Of a stretch of DNA of 64,000 nucleotides, positions 12,846 to 25,600 are shown one piece after another. Source of the stretch: Takakia lepidozioides (Eukaryota > Plantae > Bryophyta); contig CM060734.1 of assembly GCA_030704615.1 (NCBI GenBank), positions 45,818,001 through 45,882,000 of the forward strand, in the 5' to 3' direction. The translations under genes and the position numbers were made by a program. Position 1 is the first letter of the stretch. Every line of letters starts with the position of its first letter. The notes under the pieces were generated by a model that made no database searches, was not told where the DNA came from, and worked only from the letters and a program-made list of their open reading frames with translations.

Positions 12846-15823
12846 TCTCTACAGCATTTCCTGACTCCGGTGAGGAGGGAAGTATCCGGAGGGAGACCTT
12901 TAAGATGGTAAGGACCTGATGGATGTGTACATTGGAGAGCTGGATAGAGAGTAGGAAGAAAATCTGCAAGTATAACAAGGCTTAATGCAGAAAGAAGCCA
13001 TTGGTAGGAGGGGTTGGTTGTTGATCTTGTCAAAGACATTTTGTGCAGAGTTAGACATACTTGTGAAGCCATTGTTAATTCAGAGAACATGATTATTTGG
13101 GAATTAGTAGGGTGTATTCAAATTTTTTCAACCATCGTTGGCCCTTCAAAGTTGGCAACAGCTATGCTGCGATAGTAAGACCAATTGATCCCATAAAGCA
13201 TACCAGCCCAGATCTCCCCCCTCTTCTTGTGGCTCAATGGTCTCTCTGCCCACCAGGTTCCTCAATGTCTTCACTCTCAGGTAGGTCAGAGGTTATTTAT
13301 TGGCAGTCACCAATCACTTGGCAGCAGTATTTGAATTACAGTTGTCCAATTGGTAACAGACAGTGTAGATTACCTCAAGGCCTAATATTTCCTCCATACC
13401 ATGTGAGTTAACCACATAGAGCTAGCCCTGGTTAACTCATACAGGTACCCAAGACCTAAAAAAACAGTGCATTCTCAGATGAGCAGGAGTTTTCATTGTC
13501 CAGAGACTCGTGATAGCTAAGGAGATGCGGTATTCACCATAGTGGTCCAATCATGTTTGTTTGTTGGGTAGGATGGTTCAGAAGTCAGTGCAGGGGCCTT
13601 ATTCGGATCTCATATACTGGCATATAGCCTGCTGCTATTATCCTGCATCGCACTGAGCACTAGGTTAAGTTTGTCTATTAGAGGAGGTCCTGACGCAATC
13701 AGTCCATGTTTTCCACAGTGACTGCAAGTATATGGATCACCTGAAAGGTCTTGCGCAGGGATGCCTGCCTCTCCTAAACGGTCCCTCGTTCTCTTAGAAC
13801 CTTTACTCCATCTCTCATTCATGACACTCTGCTGGGCAGTTTGCTATTTGCTTGAGGATCCCTCCTTCGGCTCCTAACTAGACACAGCAACCAGGTTCAT
13901 GTGCTGAAGTATGGTGCCAAATGCTTGTCCATATTCAAAAACTGGTTGTGTTAGGTGAAGGTACTCATAGTGGAAGGAAGGTTATAGCAAGGCATGACTA
14001 ATACGCTGGTGCTGTGCATGCCAACCGTAGTGTGTTAGCATCATTTGTATGCAACACTGCACAGATGTGTCCTGTTTGATCTTTGTGTTCCGCAGCTGTT
14101 TGTAGGCCCTCTTTTCATGAGAGTGCACAGCTGACTGTCTTGTTTAAACACCTCCGTGGCAGCTTTCATGTGAAGTGGCTACGGCTAGCCCTGTTTTTCA
14201 GAGAGTAAGCATAGCACCAGAATGTGGGCAGTAAGGAATGCATTTGAATGATATGAGGTATGGCTGCATGTATGCCTCACACTTTCTGTCTATTTTGCTA
14301 GCTGGCTGCAGACTGGCAGCCAACTGTAGTGCATTGCAGTAGGACATCCCACCAAAGTTTATTAAGCTAGCCCCTTTAGAGTTGGAGGTCGTTTGTAGAC
14401 TGATTGTGGTAAGACAGCAACTGAAGCAAAGCTGTTGAGCAGGTTCATGAGGAAGGAGTCATCTCATGAAATGGCTGTGGAAGAGTGACATGGAAATCAC
14501 AGGCATGTTGCATGGCAGGTACTGAGATCGAGAGGACTGCCGTTGGAAACTTAGCTGTGCCCCTAGTGTCCTGTCTTATGGGTCATTCCAAGGGGTTTGC
14601 CAGACCTACTATACCAGTAATGTGCTTTTCTACATTTGGAAGAAAAATCAAAGAGCTGTAGCATGCGGGGCAACCAAAGGGAGAGAGGTGGGTGGGGAGG
14701 GGTGGGGGGGTTATGAAGCCACCTCTGATCTGATCTCAAGATGTAGATTTACAATGTCAATATTCCTGTGTCTGTACATCTCATATGTTAGAGTCTAGTG
14801 TATGGTCCTGTGGGCATTGCAAGGATACATTTAAGGTTTCTGGCCAATGATGACCCCAATTACAGAGTTCCTCTGCACTCCTCAGATCACAACATTTACC
14901 TCCTAGACAATCAAAGTGGGGTTTAGCTGGACAAGGAATTGACGACTGCAGGCAATGTCAACAATGTGTCTAATTCCAGAAAGGCACTGGAAGAACAATG
15001 AAATTGAGATGCAGATAATGTTGAACCTATCATGGGTTAATTTGGGAGAGGTGTTAGCATCAAGGCACAAGTGGCCGGAACAGGAAGCTTTGTCAGTAGA
15101 GAGAGAAGGGAGTTGGGCCAGAGAGAGAGAGAATGTGCTCTTAAGACAGTTGCCCTAGCCTTGTGGCCATGGAGCCTGCGCCCAGTTTGGGTGCAACAAG
15201 AGGGAGCAGACACTACCTTTGTGAGGTGCTCACTCTCGCAGTGGACTTACCTTGGTATAAACAATTGATTTGGGCAGTCCAGATTTCTCGAAAGTCCTTC
15301 GCACAAGCATCAACTGGCTGTTTAAGCTGCCCAGTAACTAGACCCCACACGGCCAGGGCTTTAACTCAACCTCGGGTTTTCTTAAAAATAAGACAACTTA
15401 AGGCGGGTTTTCCTTCTTTTTTCTTTCCATGGATATGGCCTCCACACTCCTATTTCTCTGGAAGGCAGCCTGATCTCCATGGAAAGTAGTATGTTAAGTT
15501 CCATCTGAGGAAGGCAACAATTACTAAAGTAAGATGCAGTATTTCGGAGTGCTGCAGGTGCTCACTGCGTGTGCAGCGGTTATATATCATCATTTGGTGG
15601 GTCCAAGCTGTAGCGTGTTACACGGGTCCACTCCTGTGGTCGTGCAGCAACGACAGAGAGTTGTAGCAGGGCACGGCAAGACTGGCCGACCCGCTACCCC
15701 ACAAATGTGGCACTCTCTCTCTCTCTCTCCAAGAGAACAAGCCTCAGATTTCATCCTCCCCGCTCACTAACTTATTTCATCTTATTCTGAAGGCCCCTGA
15801 ATTTTCTGTAGCCACGTCGTAAC

Positions 15824-16631
15824 CAGTGTTGGGCGGTTCTTGCATTTGTGAAGGAACCTTTGGTTCCGGTTCCACAATTATTTCAAGAGACGGTTCCGGA
15901 TCCGGTTCCGGTTTTTTTTTATTGAGCCGGTTCCGGTCCGGTTCCGGATCCAACTTTTAAACAAGGGGGCGGTTCCGGTTACCGGTTAGTTGCTGATAAA
16001 AACCATTGGTTCCGGTTAGGTTTCGGTTCTATTTTTATTTGTTTAATTTAATTATATTTAAAATATTTTATCAGTCCGGTAGATTAAATAGCAGTGTATT
16101 CACATATTTGAACTAAAATCCAACGATTTTGTTAGTTTTCACTAAACACAAAAAAACAAACAAAAATACTCTAAATAAACTGGTAGAAGAAAATGGGTAA
16201 AATTTTATGGGTTGAAAGTACTATTCAGCTACCTGGCAAGTATTGGCATCTTCAAACATTTTATTAATGAATATCATGGAGCTGGAGATCGAACCCAAGA
16301 TCTCACGGCGCTGAAGCATTGAACATAGAATCTCATGGCCTTCAAGCATTGAACCCGGCATCTTAGGAGCTTGAGAGCATTAAATAAGTTTTGCCCTGGG
16401 CCCACCAGCCCCACCAACGGGTCAAGAACCAGAACCTGTTTTTACCCCCCTGCGCCCTGTTCTCCGGTTCTCACACCCAGCAGGAACCGCCGGTTCGGTT
16501 CTGCGCTGATCCCCATAGGCAGGTTCCGGTTCCGGGTCAGATTCTGTAGGAATGGGCCCAGTTCTGGTCTGTTTCCGGTTAACCTGAACCGGCGGTTAAC
16601 CTGGGTCCCGGCGGGTAACCGCTCAACACTG
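15824..16631. mobile_element. Non-autonomous hAT element (MITE)
   Basis: TIRs CAGTGTTGGGCGG / CCGCTCAACACTG. 8-bp TSD gtcgtaac/gtggtaac (1 mismatch). Many GGTTCC/GAACCG subterminal repeats. Confidence 0.88.
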
Positions 16632-17373
16632 GTGGTAACGAGTGCTGCCCCCTTCACCTGCCCAACCTACCGTCCTTGGCGGAATGGTTGTGAGGGGGTG
16701 TATTTGAATGTTTTTTGGGGAAGTAGAACAACAGCCTAGTGATGGGTTTTTGGCCTTTTCATTCGGAACACCTCACAGCATTTACGGGTCTGGTGTGCCA
16801 ACTGCCGTGCACTGGAATGTTGTAGGGTAAAACACCCTATGACCGTTATAGTACCTATGACTGGTCACCTCATAACTGCTCGTGGTCAGGGCGCATAAGC
16901 TACCATTGCTGGGCCCAAGACTGCTCAGTTTTGCCACTTGGCAAACAGTTGTTTGATAGAACCCCCCAAAAATGTGATTGGTCATAGGGCCCAACGTTCA
17001 CGCAAGCTTTCTGATTGGTTCAACTTTGAAACCCCACAACTTTGTGTGGACTTCATGAAATCACGCACTTCCAAGTGTGTTGGGATGCCCTGGATGTGGG
17101 GCATCTTATCAATTTTATCCGGGGTAAAAACGACAAAAATTCACTGTTAGATCTTCCGCCATTGTTAGATGAACGGTCATAGGCCTGTCTACCCTACTTA
17201 ATGCACCATACGTCTGCAGGGAAACAAAATCATGTGTCATTCCGGCACCACCTCAGCTGCCAATGGGGCACGGGTACTGCCAGACACGTTGTGATTGGTG
17301 TTTTCTGCAATCCGAAGTTGTTTCTTTCATTTTTCGGATTGCCAAAAAAATACCAATCAGGGCCCTTAGTTAT

Positions 17374-17858
17374 CCCTTAACTTCCTATGGAACCCGTTTC
17401 ATAGAACATGATATATTAACGTAACTTTTGTAGATCTCAATATTTTTAGGTTGTTTCTTCAGCAGTAAATGAGCTGACAACATGGCAGATCGTCTCCAAT
17501 TGGCAGCATGCCATTTGGAGAAATTTTGCCGCGTCCACAAATTTCCAAAACCCAGTGGGTTTGAAATGCTCTTGCATGGAGGGAGGCCACGCAGAGTTGA
17601 CTTCTACGTGGCCAACACTGATTGGACAGCAAACAGAAACAAATAATCCATCCTCCCTAAAACCATATAATCTCCCATACTCGACAGTGAAACAAGTTCA
17701 TTTTTGGTGAGTGCATGCAGGTGGTGCCAGTTGCGCACCTACGTGTAAGGTCAAGTCCATTTTTCTGGATGATTTTTGATAGATAATTAGCCTCATTTTA
17801 CTGGGCATGGGTAGTAAAATTTAGGTGTCAAAAAATGAACCATGTAGGAAGTTAAGGG
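17374..17858. mobile_element. piggyBac-like MITE
   Basis: 14-bp perfect TIR CCCTTAACTTCCTA / TAGGAAGTTAAGGG flanked by a 4-bp TTAT duplication (17370-17373, 17859-17862). Confidence 0.75.
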
Positions 17859-19268
17859 TTATAGCTAGAGAGAAAGACAAAAGGGAAGGGAGGAAGGGTA
17901 CACTCTACTCTTCTACCCTGCCTGTTCATGGTTGCAGTTAAAAGTCTTGCAAGGTCCTAAAAGCCACACAGGGACAGAAAACCACAATACGTAGCGCCCA
18001 GGAAATGAGCTCAAGAAGACCAGCTGACCAGAATCAGCTGAGAAAATATTAATAACAATACCTACCTTTAAATTGTATCATTATTAAATTATAATTTTCC
18101 AAAGGTAAGTTTAAATATTCCAAGGAAGATACTTAGTCATTGTACTGGAATAAATCGAAACATCAGAGAAGGCTCCAGATTAGAGGGGAGAAATCGAGAC
18201 AGCAGATAAGACTTAGCTGCCTCGCTTGCGCTTAGGCAGATCAAAGGAGAGCTGAGCTTTAGATTTAGCTTTCCTAAAACTTCGACGATGCCTCCAGTTG
18301 ACTTCTTAGTCATCTCCATCAGGCTAGGGGAGCATCTGGCGCTAACTTATGCGAACTGCCAGCAGGTCGGGAGGGAGTCTTTCCATTCCACTCTAGAATC
18401 TGCAAGGTGGCGGCAGAGATGAGGTTTCCTTTTCCCTAGGAATTGTCAAAAGATGAGAGCAGCTGATTCCGCCTCCTAGCTGCAAAAGTTACACACCAAG
18501 ATTTTTCTGGCTGTTCATCTTACATACATAAAAAGACTGTATATGACTTACTCCCCTTTCAGAACAAAAAAAAAGGTACAGTCTGCTTGAGGGGACCCAG
18601 GAGACATCCAGGGAGCCCAGCAAACGTCACCACAGGGGGTTGAGGCCTAGACCCACATGCCAATATATGCCTAAACTCACGGGATACCGTGTTGGAGATT
18701 CCAGTCCAAGGAACTGTTTTTCTATTCTCAGTGTCCCTCAGTGTTTGAAATACCAAAAAAAGAAGAAAGGGGAGGAAGATCCAAGAGAGGCGCCGCGTCG
18801 CAGAGAGGGAGCGATGGTTGGAGGCAGCGAAGGCTTGCTGCCTACCGACGAGGCCGGGCGCCATGCTTCCGATGTCGTGCATGCTTCGTACGAAGTGCCA
18901 GGGGGCCGCTGCTGGTTCGTGACCTCCTGCGGGCTGCTTGCTATTTAACTATAACACGTTTGGAGAGCTCAACTGGCAGTGACACGGGGACCCACTTTCT
19001 TATCGATCATACATCTGGTTTGAACAGCGTTTGAAAATCGTTTGAAAAAAATCTCGGACCTGATCGTTAATAGCCAGGGATGGTGTAATATAGCGAGGGA
19101 TGGACTAGTTTAGACGGGCTCTTAGATAGCCGCGATCTGCGTTGGGGGAGAGGCACTGTTCGGAGAGTGTGGAGATGGAGAGATACTGTAGATGGTGGTA
19201 GGAAAGGTCTGAATTTGGGAGAGGGGGGAGGGGAAGGAGGAAGGAGGAAGGAGGAGTGAGGGGGAATC

Positions 19269-21037
19269 ATGGCGGACAGCTTTGGGTGTGGGCAGAATGG
19301 GCTGAGTACTCTCACTGGGCTGCTCACAGCAGCGGGGACGTCATCTGGCAGTGCGAATGAGGTTGGGCAGTTTCTATGCTCGAAGCTGGACGCCATCAGT
19401 GCGCAGATGTCTGCTACTGTACTGGCAGTGGACAATTCTTATCTGTTGTATTCTGCGTACCTGGTGTTTGCCATGCAGCTTGGATTTGCCATGCTGTGTG
19501 CTGGGTCGGTGCGGGCCAAGAACACCATGAACATTATGCTCACCAACGTGTTGGACGCTGCCTGTGGTGGCATCTCCTACTACCTGGTGGGCTTTGCCTT
19601 CGCATTCGGAAAGGGATCGCATCCCAACGGCTTCATTGGCCATTTCTTCTGGGGCTTGCATGATGTGCCCAACGAATCATTCGACTATAGCTTCTTTCTT
19701 TTTCAGTGGGCCTTTGCCATAGCCGCGGCTGGCATCACTAGCGGCTCCATCGCAGAGCGCACACAGTTTATCGCTTATCTGATTTACAGCTCCTTCCTCA
19801 CCGGCTTCGTCTACCCAATTGTGTCGCATTGGCTCTGGTCCAGTGATGGCTGGCTGAGCGCTAGCAAATCCCAAGGGCCTGGAGGGCTGCTCTTCGGTTC
19901 GGGTGCCATCGACTTTGCAGGTAGTGGCGTGGTGCACATGGTGGGCGGCGTAGCTGGGCTGTGGGGAGCACTCATCGAGGGTCCACGCATTGGCCGCTTC
20001 GACAAGAGTGGCAAGTCCATGATTTTCCGCGGCCATAGCGCAACGCTGGTAGTTTTGGGTACCTTCCTGCTCTGGTTTGGCTGGTATGGCTTCAACCCAG
20101 GTTCCTTTGTCCGTATCCTGGTCCCTTATGGAGGCTTCAGGGGCAATTGGACAGGCGTGGGCCGCACAGCTGTGACGACCACTCTCTCTGGTTGCTCGGC
20201 TGCCATCACCACTCTCTTCGGGAGACGGTTGCTAGATGGGCACTGGAATGTACTTGATGTGTGCAATGGTTTGCTGGGTGGCTTTGCCGCAATTACTGCC
20301 AGCTGCGCTGTCGTTGCCCCCTGGGCTGCTGTTCTGTGTGGCTTCGTGTCCGCGTGGGTGCTCATCGGCTTGAATAAATTGGCGGGTACGTTGGGGTGCT
20401 CATTTTACTTTTATGCTGTCGTACTGGTGCATGACTTCTTTTCCTTTGAATTCATTGAGTCTGTGATGATCATTTTGCCAAAATTTGCGGATTCAGGGCT
20501 GCTTCAGACCTTCAATCGTTTGTTTTGGCGTGTCTGCGATGAGATTGCGAAGAAATTACATTGTTGAATGTTGTCATAACATGTGCAGATCGGGTCCATT
20601 TCGATGATCCTCTGGAGGCAACACAACTGCATGGAGGCTGCGGTGCATGGGGCTTGATATTCGTGGGGTTGTTCGCTGAGAAGCACTACGTGCAGCAGGT
20701 GTACGGAGGCCCAGCTGATAGGCCATACGGCCTCTTCATGGGAGGTGGTGGCAAGCTGCTGGCAGCTCAGATCATTGAGATTCTGGTCATTGCATGTTGG
20801 GTGTCCGCCACTATGGGACCCCTTTTCTTCGCTCTTCATAAACTACGGTTGCTGCGCATATCTCCAGAAGACGAGATAGCAGGTATGGATGTTACCAGGC
20901 ACGGAGGAAATGCCTACATTCACCATGATGGTTCGGATCATTCGCTGCATCTCACAAATCTAGGTGTACCTGCAAAAAGAGGTGTTCACGATGATCCTGT
21001 CGGCGGTGGCTTCACCCATAATCCTTCTGCTGTTTGA
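19269..21037 (+). CDS. AMT1: Ammonium transporter AMT1 family; join(19269..20385,20589..21037)
   Basis: [75 protein letters not shown] and regulatory tail GMDVTRHGG. One phase-1 GT-AG intron restores [10 protein letters not shown]. Confidence 0.96.
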
Positions 21038-21946
21038 GTGCTTGCCCAACATGGGTGTGCACAGGCTTCATATGTAGTATAGAGAGAGAAACTTCATAGA
21101 GGACCTACGCTTTAGATCTGCAGTAAAGAAGGAGAATCGGAAGAGGAATTCAGCATTCCATGGATTGTCCACACGAACAAAGATCTCAAATCTCACTAAG
21201 CGAGGTGCTGCTCTAGTCGGAATCCATGCAAACCTGGTTCAAATCGGACCGAGTATACACTAATAGTAGATACTATATTAGGGAGAACTCCTGGTTCAAC
21301 TGTTTGTTGTTGATCACCATTTGAAATCAAAATCTCTTTGATTCATTGAGGGCGGATACGAGAAACAAGAGGACTGTACAGAATAGTGCCTATTATCACC
21401 TCGACACTATTTTAGTGAATGCTTCCCCCATCTGCATGGTGAGAATCTTGCTGGGGCTTAATTCATCTTCTACTCTGTTCAGTCCTCATCAAATTTCAAA
21501 AGCGTGGCAGTCAGCTTTCTTCCGCAAATAAACTTACCACTGAGATTAGAGTAGTGACAAACAAAAGAGATTTGACCAAGACAGGAGTTCGTGGCTACTG
21601 AAATTTCAATAAAGAATGTATTGGCAACTCCATTCGACTTATTTGTTTCTCAAACAAACTGAGACAATATAGAAAACGTCAATACAAGTACAAGCTCCCC
21701 AATGGGAAAAATATGCTTACCCTCTACTGCCCGCGAATTTTCGGTAGCCACGCTGGTCCCGGTCCTAGCAGCGCACCTCCCCAGAGGCTGCACACGCCTG
21801 GCCACACATGTGGGCCTGCCCCTCCAAGTCTTCATGTAGCTCGCCAAAACTGGCTCACCCATTGCCCTAAATTTTTGCTTTTCCCTTTCTTCTCTGGCCC
21901 TACCTTGCAGGCACTTCCCAATTATGCAATTTGGGGGAATGATACG

Positions 21947-22590
21947 AACAACCTTCCAGAGGGTACTCTAAAATTGCTAACTCTAACAAGGCTCATTTTT
22001 TATTTATTTTTTCAGACTGAATATAAACCAAAAAAAATTGTTTTACATAAGGTTGTTTTTATTTATCATTCAGTCTTGTTTTGTGCTTGTCAATTTTGCA
22101 ATTGAGTAGAATCTAAACAAATATTTTTACCTTACAAATCCAAACGTATTGATATACCCTTCGGAAGGGTATATCATGTTTCTATCATTTTTTAACTTAC
22201 ATAATATCCAAACAAATATATTTAATACCTTACGGAAGATTGTTTCGCATATACCTTTCGGAAGGTTGTTCATGTCAAGTTTAAAATTGTTTAATCCAAA
22301 TAATATTAGAGTACCCTTTGAAAGGTTGTTAACTTGCACAAAATCCAATCAAATTTGTTTAATACCTTACGGAAGGTTGTTCTACCATTAGGTCATGCGC
22401 AATGGAAACCTACCATAAGGTTGTTCATCTCAATTTTAAAATTGCTTTATCCAAACATATTGGTGTACTCTCCGGGAGATTGTTTCGTGTCATTTTTTTA
22501 ACTTCCATAAAAATCAAAACAAATATGTTTAATATCTTTTGGATGGTTGTTCTTACCATTACGTCATGCGTGATGGATACCTTTCGGAGA
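21947..22590. repeat. Array of ~10 quasi-palindromic motifs TACCTT-(CCGG-derived)-AAGGTTGTT upstream of the ParB-MTase gene
   Basis: Examples: atatacccttcggaagggtatat, aataccttacggaaggttgttc, atacctttcggaaggttgttc, gtaccctttgaaaggttgtt, gtactctccgggagattgtt. They sit in a degenerate higher-order repeat. Confidence 0.8.
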
Positions 22591-22664
22591 GAGAATGAAA
22601 GGCCGAAAGCTCAACATGACACTGAAGGAGATCGCAGAGGAATGCAGCCCTGGAAACCGAACAC

Positions 22665-25600
22665 ATGGCGGTGGAGGACCAGCCTCCAGCTCATGATGAA
22701 GTTGGGGACGAGACTGCGTCAGAGGACAACACAGACGCTATGGACACAGACGAGGTAGACGCTCTTGCGAAGGAATCCACGCCGAAGGGTAAGAACGTCG
22801 TGGAGGAGGAGGCGACGCCGAAGGTTAAGAAGGCTGCCATTGTTGCCACATCAAAGGCATTTGGGAATTCTTCGGCAAAAGGACCTCAGGTGATTCTCTT
22901 ACTTGCCATCTTCTGTCAAGTTTCCAGGGCATGAAAATTGCGTGCGTTGGCGCACGCAATTTTCTTGCCCTCTATTCTATTTTTTTTGCTTGATCATTCA
23001 AAGTAAGACCACAGGGATGCAGGCAATGCATAACAACCAAACCCGGGTATGACCCACTTCTCACTTTCCATGTACTGCATAGGAGGAGGGACAGCTGAGA
23101 TTAGAGTTCGACAGCTGAGAGAAGGCCATACAGAGAACCTCAAGAAAATAAATGCGTCAACGCACGCAATTTCTGAATGTTCTCTCTATGACCTTCTCTC
23201 AGCTGTGCTGAGTTAACAGAGACAGAAAAGCCCTGAATAGGCAAAAAAATGAGTGCGAGAGAACCGCCAGAAACTGCGTGCGTTGACGCACTCATTTTTT
23301 TAGAGGTTCTCTATATGGCCTTCTCTCAGCTGTGCTGTGTTAATAGAGACAGAATCCCTGAATAGGCAGAAAAGTCAGTGTGAGAGAACCCCCAAAAATT
23401 GCGTGCGTCAACGCACGCAGTTTCTAGAGGTTCTCTCACACTCACCTTTCTGCCTATTCATGGAGATTAGATTAAATGTCTGCTGCATACTTTTATGGAA
23501 GAGAGTAGATTGACTTTGGGTATGAAGTAGGAAAAGAAATGAGTACCTTTCAGAGGGTGGAAAATTGTATGCGTTGAAGCACACAATTTCTCGCAAGTCT
23601 TTTACATTCCTAACCTTTCGTTTTGAGTGCAGACGAAGAAAAGAAAAGGTGCTGCTCGGGTAGAGGACGAAGTCATTGAGCAGGAACTGGTGGTTGTTGA
23701 GGAGGAGGACGATGGCAGGCCATACGAAGACAGAGCGAAAGATCTGTTTTCCTTCTCCAAAGTGAATTCTGCCCAAGTCATCAAGGCCATGGGCGTCCTT
23801 GGGGGAAAAATAATGATTCCCCTATGTCGTTTGATCTCCATGCCCTTTGTTCGACCAGCTCTGACGAACGACATTCAAAAGTTGGAACAAGATTTTTGCC
23901 ATGGGTACATAGAGGGTCAGTCTGTTTTTTACGTGTCCTTGGCAGACTCCTCTGGTAGAGAGGTGTTGGTGGACAAATCCATTGTTGGAGGCTGGGATCC
24001 TATCTGGCGATAGATAAACGATGAGTTCGAATCTATCATTTGCAAGAGGCTCGTCACCCAGCCTTTCTCTGGCAAGATGTTTCATGTGTGGGATGGCAAC
24101 CACCGATTGCTTGCCTGGAGGAACATGATCGAGATATATCATAGCACCGAGGAGGAGTGGCACTAATCTGTGGCCTCAATGGTGCTGGATCCCAAGGGAA
24201 ACATCATAGCACTGTTGACGGCAATGCATGACGTTAACAAGTAAGTGTCTTCTTCACCTGTTATTGTCCGCATTATTTCCTTCACTATCTGTTTGCTTTT
24301 AGCACTCACTGACAACACACCACTGTATGTGACAGGGGAACTGAAACTGCCCATGTGACAACGAACCTTCTTCACACACTATTCAGGATCCAGAATATCA
24401 GCCAGATGCCCCTCAATTCATTCAAGAGCATCATGAGTGCAGAGTCATTCAAGAAATGTTTGACATCGAAAACGTCAGATACCTGGTACAAGCTGACATG
24501 GGAAGCATTCATGGAGTACATGTACACTGTAAGTATTCCATCGCTCTGGCCTTCCATTGTCTGTTGGGATATTGTCAGTAACAAATGATCTCATTCCGGA
24601 TTACGTTTTGCAGCAAGAAATAGCTGAAACTGGAGAGAGGAGACTAATGTAGTACTATTTGAAAACCCCGGAGGATCTGAGGACGTCCAAGGGAGTGGCG
24701 GAAGCCATGAAGTTTACGATGAATGAGATATGGAAGAAGCTCATGAGCGCTTTCGTGAAACAGCTGAGAATAGCTGACCCTGATTTTGGTCCAGAGTTTC
24801 TTAACCAGGTGAGGATCCACTGGAACAATAACACCAAACCGGAGATAACACAGGAAAAACTTCACCGGTTGTCAACTGCAGCTGTGGAAGCTGACCAGAT
24901 AGTGAAATGGTTGGAGATTTGGAATTCCGACCCAACTATCAAGGATACATATTGCTTCCCTAGGGGTGAAAGAGATGAGAACACCGGGCACATCAAACCC
25001 TTCAGCAACCAAGTTCTTGATATATGGTTGCACAAAGCCACCTACTGGAGCCAGGTACTTTTCAGGACTTTCTGTGCTTGAAATTTTTGAGAATATCTTC
25101 CCATGAATTGACTCTAACCCATGCATATGTATACTTGCAGATTGAAGCTCGTGCAAACAAGGTGCTGGAGAAACAGCTTTATGACTACAAAATTACCATG
25201 ACCTTGCCCGAGGACACTCTGGAGGATTACTTGAGGCAGTGGAAGGCCACAGCTTGGAGCAACTGCTTCTTTAGAGAGTTTTCCCGAGATGGAGGAATCT
25301 CCCGAACAAATGATTTTGACCAGCAGTACGGGGCGGAGGGAGCCATGAAGAGGGTCCTATGCAGATTTGTTAATTTTGTCTTATGTTTGAAAACATTCTT
25401 TGGCAATCAGTAGACAGGCAGTTTGTGGCCATGAAAAACTGCGTGCGCCAACGCACGCAATTTTAGAGGGCCACAAACTCAGATGTGCTCTCTCCTCCAT
25501 CATGGATTTCAATGTTCCGTTGGCAGTTTTGAATGGAATATCTGTCTTTGGAAAAGGGGATAACTTTCTGCATATGGAACCTTTTGTTTTCTCCTGTTCT

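Noticed and set aside
13100-15500. Possible LINE remnant (YTCSHCGK at ~13720, minus strand)
   Set aside because: Single CxxC with no RT or endonuclease motif recognised.
21947-22590. CRISPR-like look of regularly spaced palindromic motifs
   Set aside because: Repeats are degenerate, the spacers are themselves repeated and AT-rich, there are no cas genes, and the context is eukaryotic.
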